NCBI GenBank assembly: GCA_965651925.1
Contig: CBFGUK010000002.1
Coordinates: 15,750-79,749 of the forward strand
DNA from: an uncultured bacterium
GTDB lineage: Bacteria; Desulfobacterota; Binatia; HRBIN30; CADEER01
Length of the DNA: 64,000 bases
Reading direction: 5' to 3'
The position numbers and the translations under genes were made by a program. The notes below the pieces were generated by a model. The model saw nothing but the letters and a program-made list of their open reading frames with translations. It did no database searches and was not told the origin of the DNA. Position 1 is the first letter of the stretch, and each line of letters begins with the position of its first letter. Below are positions 17,401-29,400 of this stretch, one piece after another.

Positions 17401-19416
17401 CGCGCGGCCGAGCAGGTTCGCGGCGCGCGACAAATCGTCACGCGCCAGCGCCCGTCGCCCGGCCGCGGCGAGACACTGCGCCGCGCGCGCGCCGACCGCC
17501 CCGGCGCGCGCATCGGGTGGACCGAGCTCGGTGAGCAGCTGGTGTGCCTGCTCGAGGTGCCAGCCGAGCGTCTCGTCGCGCTCGGCCGCCTCGCCGACGC
17601 GCGTCTCCAGCCACGCCGCGAATCGCTCGTGCAGCTCGGCGCGGGTGTCCTTCAGCAGCCGCCGGTAAGCCGCGTCGCGGATGAGCGCGTGATGAAAGCG
17701 CAGCGCCGGCTCGCCGAGCAACGAGCCGGGATCCGGCTCGATGAGCTCGCTGCGGCGCAGCGATTCGAGGCGGGCGGCGATGTCGCCGGCGAGCTCCGGC
17801 GGCAGCAGATGCGCGACGGCGCCGCGCGAGAACAGGCGGCCGACGATCGCGGCGCGCTCGAGGACCGCCCGATCCTCGGGACGCAGCCGGTCGATACGCG
17901 CCGCGAGCAGCGCGTGGATCGTCGGCGGCACCTCGAGCTCGGCGAGGTCCACGACCGCCACCCAGCGCTCCCCATCGCGGCGCAGCACCTGATCGTCGAC
18001 CAGCATGCGGACGAGCTCGCCGACGAACAGCGGGTTTCCCTCGCTGGTCGCGAGGACCCGCCCGGCAACCGCGGCGGGCAGCTCGTCCGCGCCGACGACG
18101 CTCGCGGCGAGCCGCGTCGCCGCGCCGGCGTCCAGTCCCGTGAGCGTCACGACCTCGCTGACCAGGCCGCCCGCCGTCGTCAGCGCCGCGCGCAGCTCGC
18201 GCAGCTCCGGCCGCGCCGAGCCGAGCACCACCAGCGGCACGCCCGCCCCCCACTGCACCAGGTGCTCGAGCAGCTCGAGCAGCAGCGGCTCGGCCCAGTG
18301 CAGGTCGTCTACCGCGAGCACCACCGGGCGGACCGCGGCGAGGCGGGCGAGCAGGCGCCGCACGACGAAGAACGTTTCCTCCGGCGCGCCGGGCGCGCCG
18401 CCGAGCAGTGCGACGATGCCCTCGGCGATGCGCGGCGTATCGGACTCGTCAGTCGGCAGCACCGCCGCCAACGCGGCGCGCAGCGCCGCCGGCTCGGCGC
18501 CCGCCGCGACGCCCAGCCCGGCGCGCAGCGCGTCGGTGAGCGGCGTCAACGTTCCGCCGCCGGCGGCGTCGCAATGGCCGGCGACGACCGTGGCCCGGTC
18601 GCCGAGGCGGCGCGTGAGCTCGGCGATCAGGCGCGTCTTGCCGAGCCCCGGCGAACCGAGGATCACCGCCAGGCGCGCCGCCGGGCCGGCGAGCGCCTGC
18701 TCGACGACCGCGTGCAGCCGCTGCAACTCGGCGGCGCGGCCGACGAACGGGGTCGTCTCGCGGCCGGCCGGCGGATCGAGGGAGACGACGCGATACGCCG
18801 ACACCGCACCGGCGCGGCCGCGCAACGCCAGCGCGCCGAGCGGCACGAGCGAGATGCGATCGCCGACGAGCCGCCGGGTCGCCTCGCCGATCAACACGTC
18901 GCCGTCGTGCGCCAGGTGCTGCAGGCGTGCCGCGACGTTGACCGGGTCGCCGACGATGTCCGCCTGGTCGGCGCTCACCACCACCTCGCCGGTATTCACC
19001 GCGACGCGCAGACCGGCACCGAGCGTTCCGCCGGGCTGCGCGCGACACAGGTCGCGAAATGCCGCCTGCATCGCTGCCGCGGCGCGCACGGCGCGCAGCG
19101 CATCGTCTTCGGCGACGCGCGGGATGCCGAACGCCGCCATCAGGCCATCGCCGAGCAGCTTCACCACCCGGCCGTCGTGCACCGCGACCGCGCCGTGCAG
19201 CGCGCGGTAGTACTGCGCCATGACGCGGTGCGCCGATTCGGCATCGAGGCGCTCGTGCAGTGCGGTCGAGCCGATCAGGTCGGCGAACACGATCGTCACG
19301 ACCTTGCGCACCCCGGGCTCGGTGAGCGCCGCTCCCGCGGCATGCAACGGCGCGCCACACGCATCGCAGAAGCGCGCCCCCTCCCGGTTGCCACGGCCAC
19401 AGGCGGCGCAGGTCAT
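14473..19416 (-). CDS. Giant (1647 aa) signalling protein: Zn-ribbon + class III adenylyl/guanylyl cyclase domain + AAA/NB-ARC-like ATPase + TPR/helical region + four tandem SnoaL/NTF2-like domains
   Basis: N-term MTCAACGRGNREGARFCDACGAPL. Cyclase VTIVFADLIGST…GDGLMAAFG. P-loop ILGSPGLGKTRL. C-terminal four repeats of ~120 aa each beginning …A(R/Q)DW/L…AL…L…D… with NTF2-like pattern. Confidence 0.8.
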   Translation of the reverse strand: MTCAACGRGNREGARFCDACGAPLHAAGAALTEPGVRKVVTIVFADLIGSTALHERLDAESAHRVMAQYYRALHGAVAVHDGRVVKLLGDGLMAAFGIPRVAEDDALRAVRAAAAMQAAFRDLCRAQPGGTLGAGLRVAVNTGEVVVSADQADIVGDPVNVAARLQHLAHDGDVLIGEATRRLVGDRISLVPLGALALRGRAGAVSAYRVVSLDPPAGRETTPFVGRAAELQRLHAVVEQALAGPAARLAVILGSPGLGKTRLIAELTRRLGDRATVVAGHCDAAGGGTLTPLTDALRAGLGVAAGAEPAALRAALAAVLPTDESDTPRIAEGIVALLGGAPGAPEETFFVVRRLLARLAAVRPVVLAVDDLHWAEPLLLELLEHLVQWGAGVPLVVLGSARPELRELRAALTTAGGLVSEVVTLTGLDAGAATRLAASVVGADELPAAVAGRVLATSEGNPLFVGELVRMLVDDQVLRRDGERWVAVVDLAELEVPPTIHALLAARIDRLRPEDRAVLERAAIVGRLFSRGAVAHLLPPELAGDIAARLESLRRSELIEPDPGSLLGEPALRFHHALIRDAAYRRLLKDTRAELHERFAAWLETRVGEAAERDETLGWHLEQAHQLLTELGPPDARAGAVGARAAQCLAAAGRRALARDDLSRAANLLGRAVRRSDAADPRRAELMLDWCEAALGAGDITAGSAAIEALRTASAGTERLTAWLTCFLAQRAVLTEPQALRATADAVEAAAERLAAAGDAAGEAKAHAVHAQALAALGKVGACEAALDRALAAARRAGDRRRANAVLAGAPVAALWGPSPVARASGRCLDVVRVLRITQGAPAVEAVALRCQAVLEALRGRTDAARRMIASSRGMVEELGLAHRVLEADVAAGLIALLEGNAVDAEQRLRGAYDGLRAAGLGADAAQAAALLGRALLGLDRADEADAVSRAAEALAGDDIKAAIAWRCVRAEALARRGAHEAAIGFARVAVEIAVETDALLDHADARTALAVAYEAAGRHAEASAEQARAADIWEAKGATLLVDRMRAAGTAGSRSRPGAAVPGTGTWRRMVRDNRATASTAAFAAAFAARDLAALMALFTPDVEVLQHLTGSSYGYDGVEETARLLFGSRAPGYAFEMMGTLGDALALGRTLWSLDTVVDDVVPSTGPVHYSDLALWEVDDQGRRRRVELFAAEHLGEAIARLYARHAELLPAGAGRRRAARIFDSVAARLGPADVERMAGVLAPDVQFVDHRRAGFPPARSARQLQAGFRSLLDETREVGTATTDVLRLEPDALLVQRRNTGLTRDGGQFETDFLLLLVFDADGLVMRDEQFAAADAEHALARFAELTDSGSGALANRGGAPPVLGAAPLPDGLANAATATLERQRAALAARDWSAIDALLAADFRLRDHRPVVSLDLDREGYLAFLRQIASMTEAHMTGWTVATRGERLALMRTSFTGTDRSIGPSELEFLVVFEVDAEGQRTAMELFDPADLDAAYAALDARYLAGEAAGLPVVGVAMRAFQDALAQRDWPALTARLADDVIAHDHRPLGWESSHGPVPYVDALRALVALAPDVRLRLDDIRLASNGYFARTSWVGTHEGGTFDAPSLFVGELDADGRVRRFDQYDLQQLAAARRRFAELQRP

Positions 19417-19484
19417 GCGCGCTGTCTAGACCGCTGACGGCGTCGGGGAAAGCACGCGGTCTCCTGCCGGGTGGGAGTGATGCA

Positions 19485-19510
19485 CCACGGAGGCACGGAG
19501 ACACGGAGGC
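19485..19510. repeat. One-armed tandem 8-mer (CACGGAGR x3) upstream of the sulfatase-like gene
   Basis: caccacggaggcacggagacacggaggcg. No inverted partner found. A TTGACA-N17-TATGCG promoter-like sequence follows at ~19547-19575. Confidence 0.3.
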
Positions 19511-19594
19511 GCCGGCGGTGCGCAGCGCTGATCCGGAGCCGGCGTTGACAGATCGCAGGGCCCGCCGTATGCGCTCGGCGCTGCGCGGGATCCA

Positions 19595-20944
19595 ATGGCG
19601 CTCAACGTTCTCCTGCTCGTCGTGGACTCCCTCCGCGCCCGATCGCTCGGGCCGAACGGGGCGGGGCCGCGGACGCCGTGGTTCGACCGGCTCGGCGAGC
19701 AGATGACCCAGTTTCGCCGCGCCTATGCGGCGGAATGCTGGACCCTGCCGTCGCACGTGAGCATGTTCACCGGGCTCCTGCCCTCCGCGCACGGCGCGCA
19801 CTTCCAGCACATGGGCTACACCGGCAGCGCGCCGACCATCGCCGAGCTGCTCGCCGGACAGGGCTACCACACCGAGGTCGTGACGCGGAACTTCATGTTC
19901 GACGGCACCATGCCGGGCGTCACGCGCGGCTTCGAGGTGCGCACTCAGCCGCTGGCGACGCTGCGGCCGGTGCATCCGTTCAACTGGATCCTCGCCCTCA
20001 GCAAGCCGCGCTCGCGCCGGCTGCTGCGCAGCACCGGCTTCTTCCACCCGCGCCACCGCGAGAGCCGCGAGTTCCTGCGCCGCTACTCGCGCGCGCTCCT
20101 GCCGGCTGACGCGCTCGCCCTCGAGCATCTCGCCGGTCGCATCCGGGCGCTGCGCGAGGGGCGCCGCCGGCGGCCGTTCTTCCTTTTCTGCAACCTGTAC
20201 GACGTCCACTGGCCCTACCCGCCGACCCCGGACTCGGTGCTGGCGCCGTTCACCTCGGCGCGCGACTGGCTCGACAACCTGATGCTGCCGTTCGTCCTGC
20301 CGAAGATCGGCTCGCACGGCTACCTCCGCCCCGGCTTCCGCCTGTCGGCGCGCAGCCGCGACTTCCTCCTGCGCCGCTATCACCGGGCGATCGAGCTGAT
20401 GGACGCGAAGCTGGCGGAGTTCTTTGCGGCGGTCGACCCGCTGCTCGGCGACGACACCCTCGTCATCGTCACCAGCGATCACGGCGAGGCGTTCGGCGAG
20501 CACGGCCTCTACCTGCACGACGGCTCGCTCTACGACATCCATCTCCACGTGCCGCTGTGGGTGCGCCATCCGGCCGGTCGCGCCGGTGCCGTCGACGACG
20601 TGGTGAGCACGCGCGACCTCTTCGGGCTGATGCGCGCCGCCGGACGGGGAGCGGCGATGCACGACACGATTCTCGATCCGGCGTATCGCGCCGCTCAACC
20701 GGTCGCGCTCGCCGAGCACTTCCACTATCCCCACGTGCCCGACATGCTGCCCCGCTATCGCCAGAACATCGCCGCGGCGATCGGGCGCACGGAGAAGGTG
20801 ATCGCGCGCGCCGACGGGACGGTGCGCTACGATCTGCAGCGCGATCCCGACGAGCTGCGCCCGGAGCCGTGCGAGCGCGACGCCGCGCCGGCGGGTACCG
20901 ATCTCGTCGCGCTGCGCGAGCGCGCCGCCGCCGCTTCGGTGTAG
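19595..20944 (+). CDS. Sulfatase-like hydrolase/transferase (alkaline-phosphatase superfamily)
   Basis: N-terminal VLLLVVDSLRA metal-binding region and central HG/DHG motifs (TSDHGEAFGEHG). Non-canonical C/S-x-P-x-R region (CWTLPSH), so true sulfatase activity is uncertain. Confidence 0.7.
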   Translation: MALNVLLLVVDSLRARSLGPNGAGPRTPWFDRLGEQMTQFRRAYAAECWTLPSHVSMFTGLLPSAHGAHFQHMGYTGSAPTIAELLAGQGYHTEVVTRNFMFDGTMPGVTRGFEVRTQPLATLRPVHPFNWILALSKPRSRRLLRSTGFFHPRHRESREFLRRYSRALLPADALALEHLAGRIRALREGRRRRPFFLFCNLYDVHWPYPPTPDSVLAPFTSARDWLDNLMLPFVLPKIGSHGYLRPGFRLSARSRDFLLRRYHRAIELMDAKLAEFFAAVDPLLGDDTLVIVTSDHGEAFGEHGLYLHDGSLYDIHLHVPLWVRHPAGRAGAVDDVVSTRDLFGLMRAAGRGAAMHDTILDPAYRAAQPVALAEHFHYPHVPDMLPRYRQNIAAAIGRTEKVIARADGTVRYDLQRDPDELRPEPCERDAAPAGTDLVALRERAAAASV

Positions 20945-21016
20945 GGCGGTGCCCTGGTCCCGCGCCGGCGTGCGCGCGCGGTTGCGCGGCCGGGCCCGGG
21001 TGGGCATCGTGCGCCG

Positions 21017-21787
21017 ATGCAGCCCTCGATCGGGATGCTCTCGGCGACGATGGCCGGCTGGCTCGTCGCCGCGGTGCTGGCCGGCGCGGCGATCGTGTCG
21101 GCGACGCATCGCGCCGGGATGACGGCGAGGCAGATCGCCGTCCTCCTGATCGGCTGCACGGCGGCGCTGCTGGTGGGCGCGAAGCTGCTCTACCTCGTCG
21201 AGTCGGCGTGGGCGGGGAGGCCGCCGGCGCTCTGGTCGGAGCAGGTGCGCCTGCCCGGCGGGATCCTCATGCTGCTGCTGATCGGCCCCCTCCTGCCGCG
21301 TGTCCGCGGCGGGTCGCCCTGGCGCACCGCCGACCTCGTCGCGCCGGCGCTCGGGCTGCTCATCCTGGCGACGCGCCTGGGCTGCTTCCTGCAGGGGTGT
21401 TGCTACGGCCGTCCCTCCGATCGGCCCTGGGCGCTGCCGTTCCCGCGCGGCTCGGACGCGCACGTCTGGCAGATCGCACACGGGATGTCGGACACCACGG
21501 CCGTGCACTCGCTGCCGGTGCAGCCGCTGCAGCTCTACTTCGCGCTCGCCGGGGCGCTGCTGTTCCTCGGCTTGACCGAGTACCAGGCGCGCCGGCGTTA
21601 CGACGGCGAGGTCGCGCTGCTCTTCGCGATCGCGTACTTCGCGTCGACGGCCGGGCTCGAGCTCCTACGCGCCGAGCCGCACCCGCTGGCGTGGGAGTTC
21701 AACATGGTGGTCGGCGTGGTGGCAGCGGGGGTGTGGGGCGTTGTCGCGTTGCGCCGCCGTTCCGCGCTGCGCCGTGTCACGGCCTGA
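21017..21787 (+). CDS. lgt: Prolipoprotein diacylglyceryl transferase-like membrane protein
   Basis: Multi-TM protein with the Lgt signature region …LGCFLQGCCYGRPS… and conserved …W…H… segment. Confidence 0.65.
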   Translation: MQPSIGMLSATMAGWLVAAVLAGAAIVSATHRAGMTARQIAVLLIGCTAALLVGAKLLYLVESAWAGRPPALWSEQVRLPGGILMLLLIGPLLPRVRGGSPWRTADLVAPALGLLILATRLGCFLQGCCYGRPSDRPWALPFPRGSDAHVWQIAHGMSDTTAVHSLPVQPLQLYFALAGALLFLGLTEYQARRRYDGEVALLFAIAYFASTAGLELLRAEPHPLAWEFNMVVGVVAAGVWGVVALRRRSALRRVTA

Positions 21788-21835
21788 TCGAACGCCGGGC
21801 GTTGCGGACAGCCCCGCTCCCGATTCCGACACCGA

Positions 21836-22570
21836 TCACGACCCGGACGTCCAGGAGAACGTCCCGGTCTCACCGGTCTGCGTCTTCGTGAATGTCCCGT
21901 GCACGGCGAGCGCGTTGCCGCTGCCCTCGAACTGCGCGACCGTGGTGCCGTCCGCGGCGCGCAGCGTGCCGGAGGTGACGCCGTCGATCAGGGTGCCTTC
22001 CACGCTGGCGACCGTGACGTCGCCGAACCCGGTCAGCTCCACCGTGCCGGACAGCGCGCCGTCCTTGCCGACGACCAGCTGGGCCTTCCATCGCTCGGGC
22101 CTCACGGCCGCCCCCGGGCCGGCCGCGCTCTGCCACTGACCGGTCAGTTGCATCTGGGTGATCGCCTGGATCGCCGCGGCGCTCGCCAGGACGAGGGCGG
22201 CCAGGCCGGCCACGCGAACCGCCGCCGGCAGGGAGCGCCGCCGCAGCGCGACGGCCGAGATCGTCATGAGGAGCATGATCCCACACAGCAGCAGGGCCGA
22301 GCCGCCCGCCGGTGCCGGCACCGCGCACCCCGTCACAACGCTGCACTGGCTCTCGTGGAAGGTGCTGGTCTCGCAGCCGGCAGATGTGCAGCGGACCTCG
22401 CACTGGCCGAAGTCGCAGCCGGCGAACGGCAGACACAGCGGCGCCGTTTCCCTTCCCTCACAGCCGGAGCACACACAACATTCCGCGGCGGCCGGCGACG
22501 CCGGCGCCATCGCGGCCAGCGCACAGACGGCAAGCACCACCAACACCCGCTTCGCTGCAGCGATCGACAT
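21836..22570 (-). CDS. Secreted/membrane Cys-rich protein of unknown function with an internal PEP-CTERM-like anchor, followed in frame by a second signal-peptide-like segment and a G/T-rich beta domain
   Basis: GGAGGA RBS 3 nt before ATG (MSIAAAKRVLVVLAVCALAAMAPASPAAA). 14 Cys in ~55 aa (ECCVCSGCEG…). Then VPAPAGG + TM + RRRS, with no stop codon before …LPAAVRVAGLAALVLASAAAIQA…. Confidence 0.5.
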   Translation of the reverse strand: MSIAAAKRVLVVLAVCALAAMAPASPAAAECCVCSGCEGRETAPLCLPFAGCDFGQCEVRCTSAGCETSTFHESQCSVVTGCAVPAPAGGSALLLCGIMLLMTISAVALRRRSLPAAVRVAGLAALVLASAAAIQAITQMQLTGQWQSAAGPGAAVRPERWKAQLVVGKDGALSGTVELTGFGDVTVASVEGTLIDGVTSGTLRAADGTTVAQFEGSGNALAVHGTFTKTQTGETGTFSWTSGS

Positions 22571-22905
22571 GCTTCCTCCGCACCGCTCCGTGGACTTCAG
22601 GCGCACGATTCTCGTCCGGCGCTTGTAGGGAAAAGCTTGCGCCAGCGCAACTTGGCGCCGTGCCGTGCGAGCGGCCCGCGCCCTGGGCGCTGGCAGGCGT
22701 GCCGCGTTCGGACCACGCCGCCACCCGGCGCGCGGGCCGCCCGCGCGCTCAGGCTACAGCAACCCTGCCCCTCTCCCCTCCCGGCGGGGAGAGAATCCCC
22801 AGAGATGGAGTGCGCTCCTCATTGCGAACATGGCGCGGCGACACGCCCTCTGGAGGGCGCTGGTCCCTCGGCTCCTGTTGAACGGGCAGCGCGCGTTCAC
22901 GGATC

Positions 22906-22947
22906 GAGTACGAGTACGTGTACGGCTCCGTACTCGTACTCGTACTC
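22906..22947. repeat. Hairpin with 18-bp arms made of tandem hexamers (GAGTAC x3 / GTACTC x3) around a GGCTCC loop
   Basis: gagtacgagtacgtgtac ggctcc gtactcgtactcgtactc. Same GGCTCC loop motif as the 11636-11698 hairpin. Confidence 0.45.
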
Positions 22948-23019
22948 GCATGCTCCCAGCGGGAGCGGCCCCTCCACCGATTGCGCACGACCGTGACGTC
23001 TCGCAGCAACGCGAAGCGT

Positions 23020-24777
23020 TCACTCGAGCAGCGCCGACGGCACGTCGACGAGCTTCGCGCGCAGGTACTCGCCGAGCGTCTTGGCCTGCGGGTCGCTGCG
23101 CAGCGACGCGGCGACGCCCTCGCCGAGCAGACCGCGGACCACGAAGTTGAGCGCCAGCAGGTTCGGCAGCTCGTAGCGCTCGACCACGAGGTCCCGCGCT
23201 TCGCTGATCAGCGCGCGGAAGCGTTCGACGGTGAGGTACTCCGCCAGCCACGCGTACGCCGCCGGCGAGCGCACCCAGACGCCGACGTTGGCATTGCCGC
23301 CCTTGTCGCCGGAGCGGGCGCCGCACAGCACGCCGAGCGCAACACGCCGCGTCGCCCCGCCGCTCACGTCCGGCAGCGCGACCGGGCGCGCGGCGGGCGC
23401 GGCGAACGACGCCGGCTGCGCCACCGGCGGGATGTCGATCGTCCCGCTCTCGAGCACGACGCGATGCGCAACGGCGGACGACGCCACGGTGGCCGGCCAG
23501 AAGACGCCGACCTGCGACGCGTCACCCGGCGGGCCCGTGCCGGTGAAGCCCGGATAACTCGCCAGCGCCATTTCGATCGCGGCATTGCTGAAGCGCCGCC
23601 CGACCTTCTGCTGGTCGGGATCGCGTGCCGCGATCGTCAGGTAGGCGAACGCCTCCTCGTTCGTCGTGGGATCGGGTCGATCGCCGCGGCGCAACGTGAC
23701 GCGCGTCTCGGCAAACTGCGCGCGCCCGCCGACGAGATCCCAGAACGTCGCTTCGGCGAGCTCCGCCTTGGCTTCGATGTCGAGCCCGGTGAGGATGAAC
23801 GTCATCGCGTTCTTCCAGCCGCCGGCGTGGTTGATGCACACCTTCGTCGTCGGCGGCGGCGGTTCGCCGCGCGCGCCGCGCACCAGGACGCGGTCCGGCC
23901 CCTCCTCGATCACCTCGATGGTGTCGAAGCGCGCGGTGACGTCGGGGTTCGCGTACGCCGGTGCGCCGATCTCGTAGAGGAGCTGCGCGGTCACCGTGCC
24001 GACGGACACGAGTCCGTCGGTGTCGGGATGCTTGGTGATCACCGCGCTGCCGTCAGCGCGCACCTCGGCGATCGGGAAGCCCGGCCGGTGCAGGCGCGGC
24101 ACCTCGTGGAAGAAGCTGTAGTTGCCGCCGGTGCACTGCGCGCCGCACTCGATGATGTGTCCGGCGACCACGGCGCCGGCGAGCGCGTCCCAGTCATCGC
24201 GCCGCCAGCCGAAGCGCCACGCCGCCGGGCCGACCACCAGCGCCGCGTCGGTGACGCGCGGGCAGATGACGAGATCGGCACCGCGCTCCAGCGCCGCGGC
24301 GATGCCGAAGCCGCCGAGATACGCGTTGGCGCTCATCACCGGCGCCTGCAGGTCGGCGAGCGGCATGCCGGTGTCGAGATGCACGAGCCGCTCGCCCGCG
24401 GCCTGCAGCGCGTCGAGCCGCGGCATGAGATCATCGCCCTCGATGTGTGCCACCACGGCGCGCAGCCCGAGCTTGTCGTAGATGGCGCGCGTCGCCGCGG
24501 CGCAGCCGGCGGGGTTGAGCCCGCCGGCGTTGACCACGATTTTGATCCCGCGCGCCAGGCACGCCGCCGCCACGTCCTCGAGCTGGCGCAGGAACGTGCG
24601 CGCGTAGCCGAGGTCCGGATTCCTGAACCGGTCCTTGAGCAGGATGAGCAGCGTCAGCTCGGCGAGATAGTCGCCGGTCAGCACGTCGATCGGCCCGCCC
24701 TCGACCATCTCGCGCGCCGCGCTGAGGCGGTCGCCGTAGAAGCCGGAGCAGTTCGCGATCCGCAACGCTTCGCTCAT
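23020..24777 (-). CDS. AtuA-like protein (DUF1446, acyclic terpene utilisation family)
   Basis: 585 aa. Start at MSEALRIANCSGFYGDR (typical DUF1446 N-terminus). The upstream in-frame extension runs through the palindrome and is not coding. Confidence 0.7.
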   Translation of the reverse strand: MSEALRIANCSGFYGDRLSAAREMVEGGPIDVLTGDYLAELTLLILLKDRFRNPDLGYARTFLRQLEDVAAACLARGIKIVVNAGGLNPAGCAAATRAIYDKLGLRAVVAHIEGDDLMPRLDALQAAGERLVHLDTGMPLADLQAPVMSANAYLGGFGIAAALERGADLVICPRVTDAALVVGPAAWRFGWRRDDWDALAGAVVAGHIIECGAQCTGGNYSFFHEVPRLHRPGFPIAEVRADGSAVITKHPDTDGLVSVGTVTAQLLYEIGAPAYANPDVTARFDTIEVIEEGPDRVLVRGARGEPPPPTTKVCINHAGGWKNAMTFILTGLDIEAKAELAEATFWDLVGGRAQFAETRVTLRRGDRPDPTTNEEAFAYLTIAARDPDQQKVGRRFSNAAIEMALASYPGFTGTGPPGDASQVGVFWPATVASSAVAHRVVLESGTIDIPPVAQPASFAAPAARPVALPDVSGGATRRVALGVLCGARSGDKGGNANVGVWVRSPAAYAWLAEYLTVERFRALISEARDLVVERYELPNLLALNFVVRGLLGEGVAASLRSDPQAKTLGEYLRAKLVDVPSALLE

Positions 24778-24800
24778 GGGAGTTTCGTATCCGAAGGGGC

Positions 24801-24951
24801 GAGAAGCGTGACCGGTGACCAGTGACCGGTGACCGGTGCGGGCATACCCGACTCGGTCGCCCGTCTCACTCGCACACACCTCGAGGCAGTCTGGTTCATC
24901 ACCATTATCGAACCGGTCACCGGTAACCGGTCACCGGTCACGCCTTCTCGT
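24801..24951. repeat. ~150-bp element with ~38-bp terminal inverted repeats built from tandem GTGACCG heptamers, and a lower-GC 72-bp core (MITE-like)
   Basis: gagaagcgtgaccggtgaccagtgaccggtgaccggtg … accggtcaccggtaaccggtcaccggtcacgccttctc. Overlaps the ech stop codon, upstream of the atuA-like start. Confidence 0.5.
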
Positions 24952-25719
24952 CTTCCGCCCACCCCGGCTTCCGCTTCCCCGCGAATGCGCTCATGCCTTC
25001 CGCGGCTTCGTCGGAGGCGAAGAGTCCGGCGATCTTCTCCTGCGCGTAGGCGAAGGCGTCGGCGCGGGACAGGGTCGGGATGGTGCGGACCAGCTGCTTG
25101 GCTTCGCGCACGGCGTTCGGGCCGCCGAGCGCGATGGCGTCGATGTCGGCCTGCACGGCGGTCGCGAGCTCGGCGGCCGGGACGACCCGATGCAGCAGAC
25201 CGTAGTCGCGCGCCGCCGCGGCATGGAACGTCTCGCCGGTAAGGAACAGCCGCATGCCGTGATGCACGCCGAGCTTCGGCAGCACGAGCACCGAGATCAT
25301 CGCCGGGATGACGCCGATGCGCACCTCGCTGAACGCGAACTTCGCCGTGTCGGCGGCAATGGCGATGTCGCACGCGGCGACGAGGCCGAGCCCGCCGCCG
25401 AACGCGTGGCCGTTCACCGCCGCGATGACCGGCTTCGGCCCGCTCCAGATCTGCTCGAGGATGTCGACGAACGGATTGCGCGCCGCCCCGCCCGGCGCCA
25501 CCGCCGTGCCGCCGGCCTTGAGATCCGCGCCGGCACAGAATGCCGGCCCGTTGCCGGTGATCACGACGACGCGCACCGCCTCGTCGGCGAACGCCGCCGT
25601 CAGGTGCGCCGCCAGCCCCTCGAGAATCGCGCCTGACAGCGCATTGCGGCTCTGCGGCGCATTGAGCGTGATCCACCCTGCCCGCCCGCGCCGCTCGTAC
25701 AACACTTCGCTCGTCATGC
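24938..25719 (-). CDS. Enoyl-CoA hydratase/crotonase (methylglutaconyl- or isohexenylglutaconyl-CoA hydratase-like)
   Basis: 259 aa. Crotonase oxyanion motifs …ITGNGPAFCAGADLK… and …NGHAFGGGLGLVAACD…. Start at MTSEVLYE (the longer ORF upstream is out-of-context overlap with the carboxylase gene). Confidence 0.85.
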
Positions 25720-25752
25720 TCCGCTCCGCGTCTCCGCGCCTCCGCGTGAGAT

Positions 25753-27738
<1,986 letters not shown>

Positions 27739-27745
27739 CGGCGGA

Positions 27746-29341
<1,596 letters not shown>

Positions 29342-29400
29342 GGGCGGAACGCGCTACACGCCACGCGCCGCGCGCAAGGTCAAGTCTCGGGGGTCGGAGT

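Noticed and set aside
14209-21508. Many 250-1000-aa ORFs on both strands across the giant cyclase gene and the sulfatase gene (e.g. 16357..19437 +, 18449..21508 -, 15100..16251 +)
   Set aside because: All are Arg/Pro/Ala-rich with no motifs. The 14473..19416 minus frame alone carries cyclase, P-loop and repeat-domain signatures.
22640-22900. Small Cys/His-containing ORF (MECAPHCEHG…) reading through the 22906 hairpin
   Set aside because: Its only RBS-like sequence is weak and distant. The translation of the hairpin region (SSTSTCTAPYSYSYS) is a repeat artefact, and it is part of a long antisense-type ORF (21899..22996).
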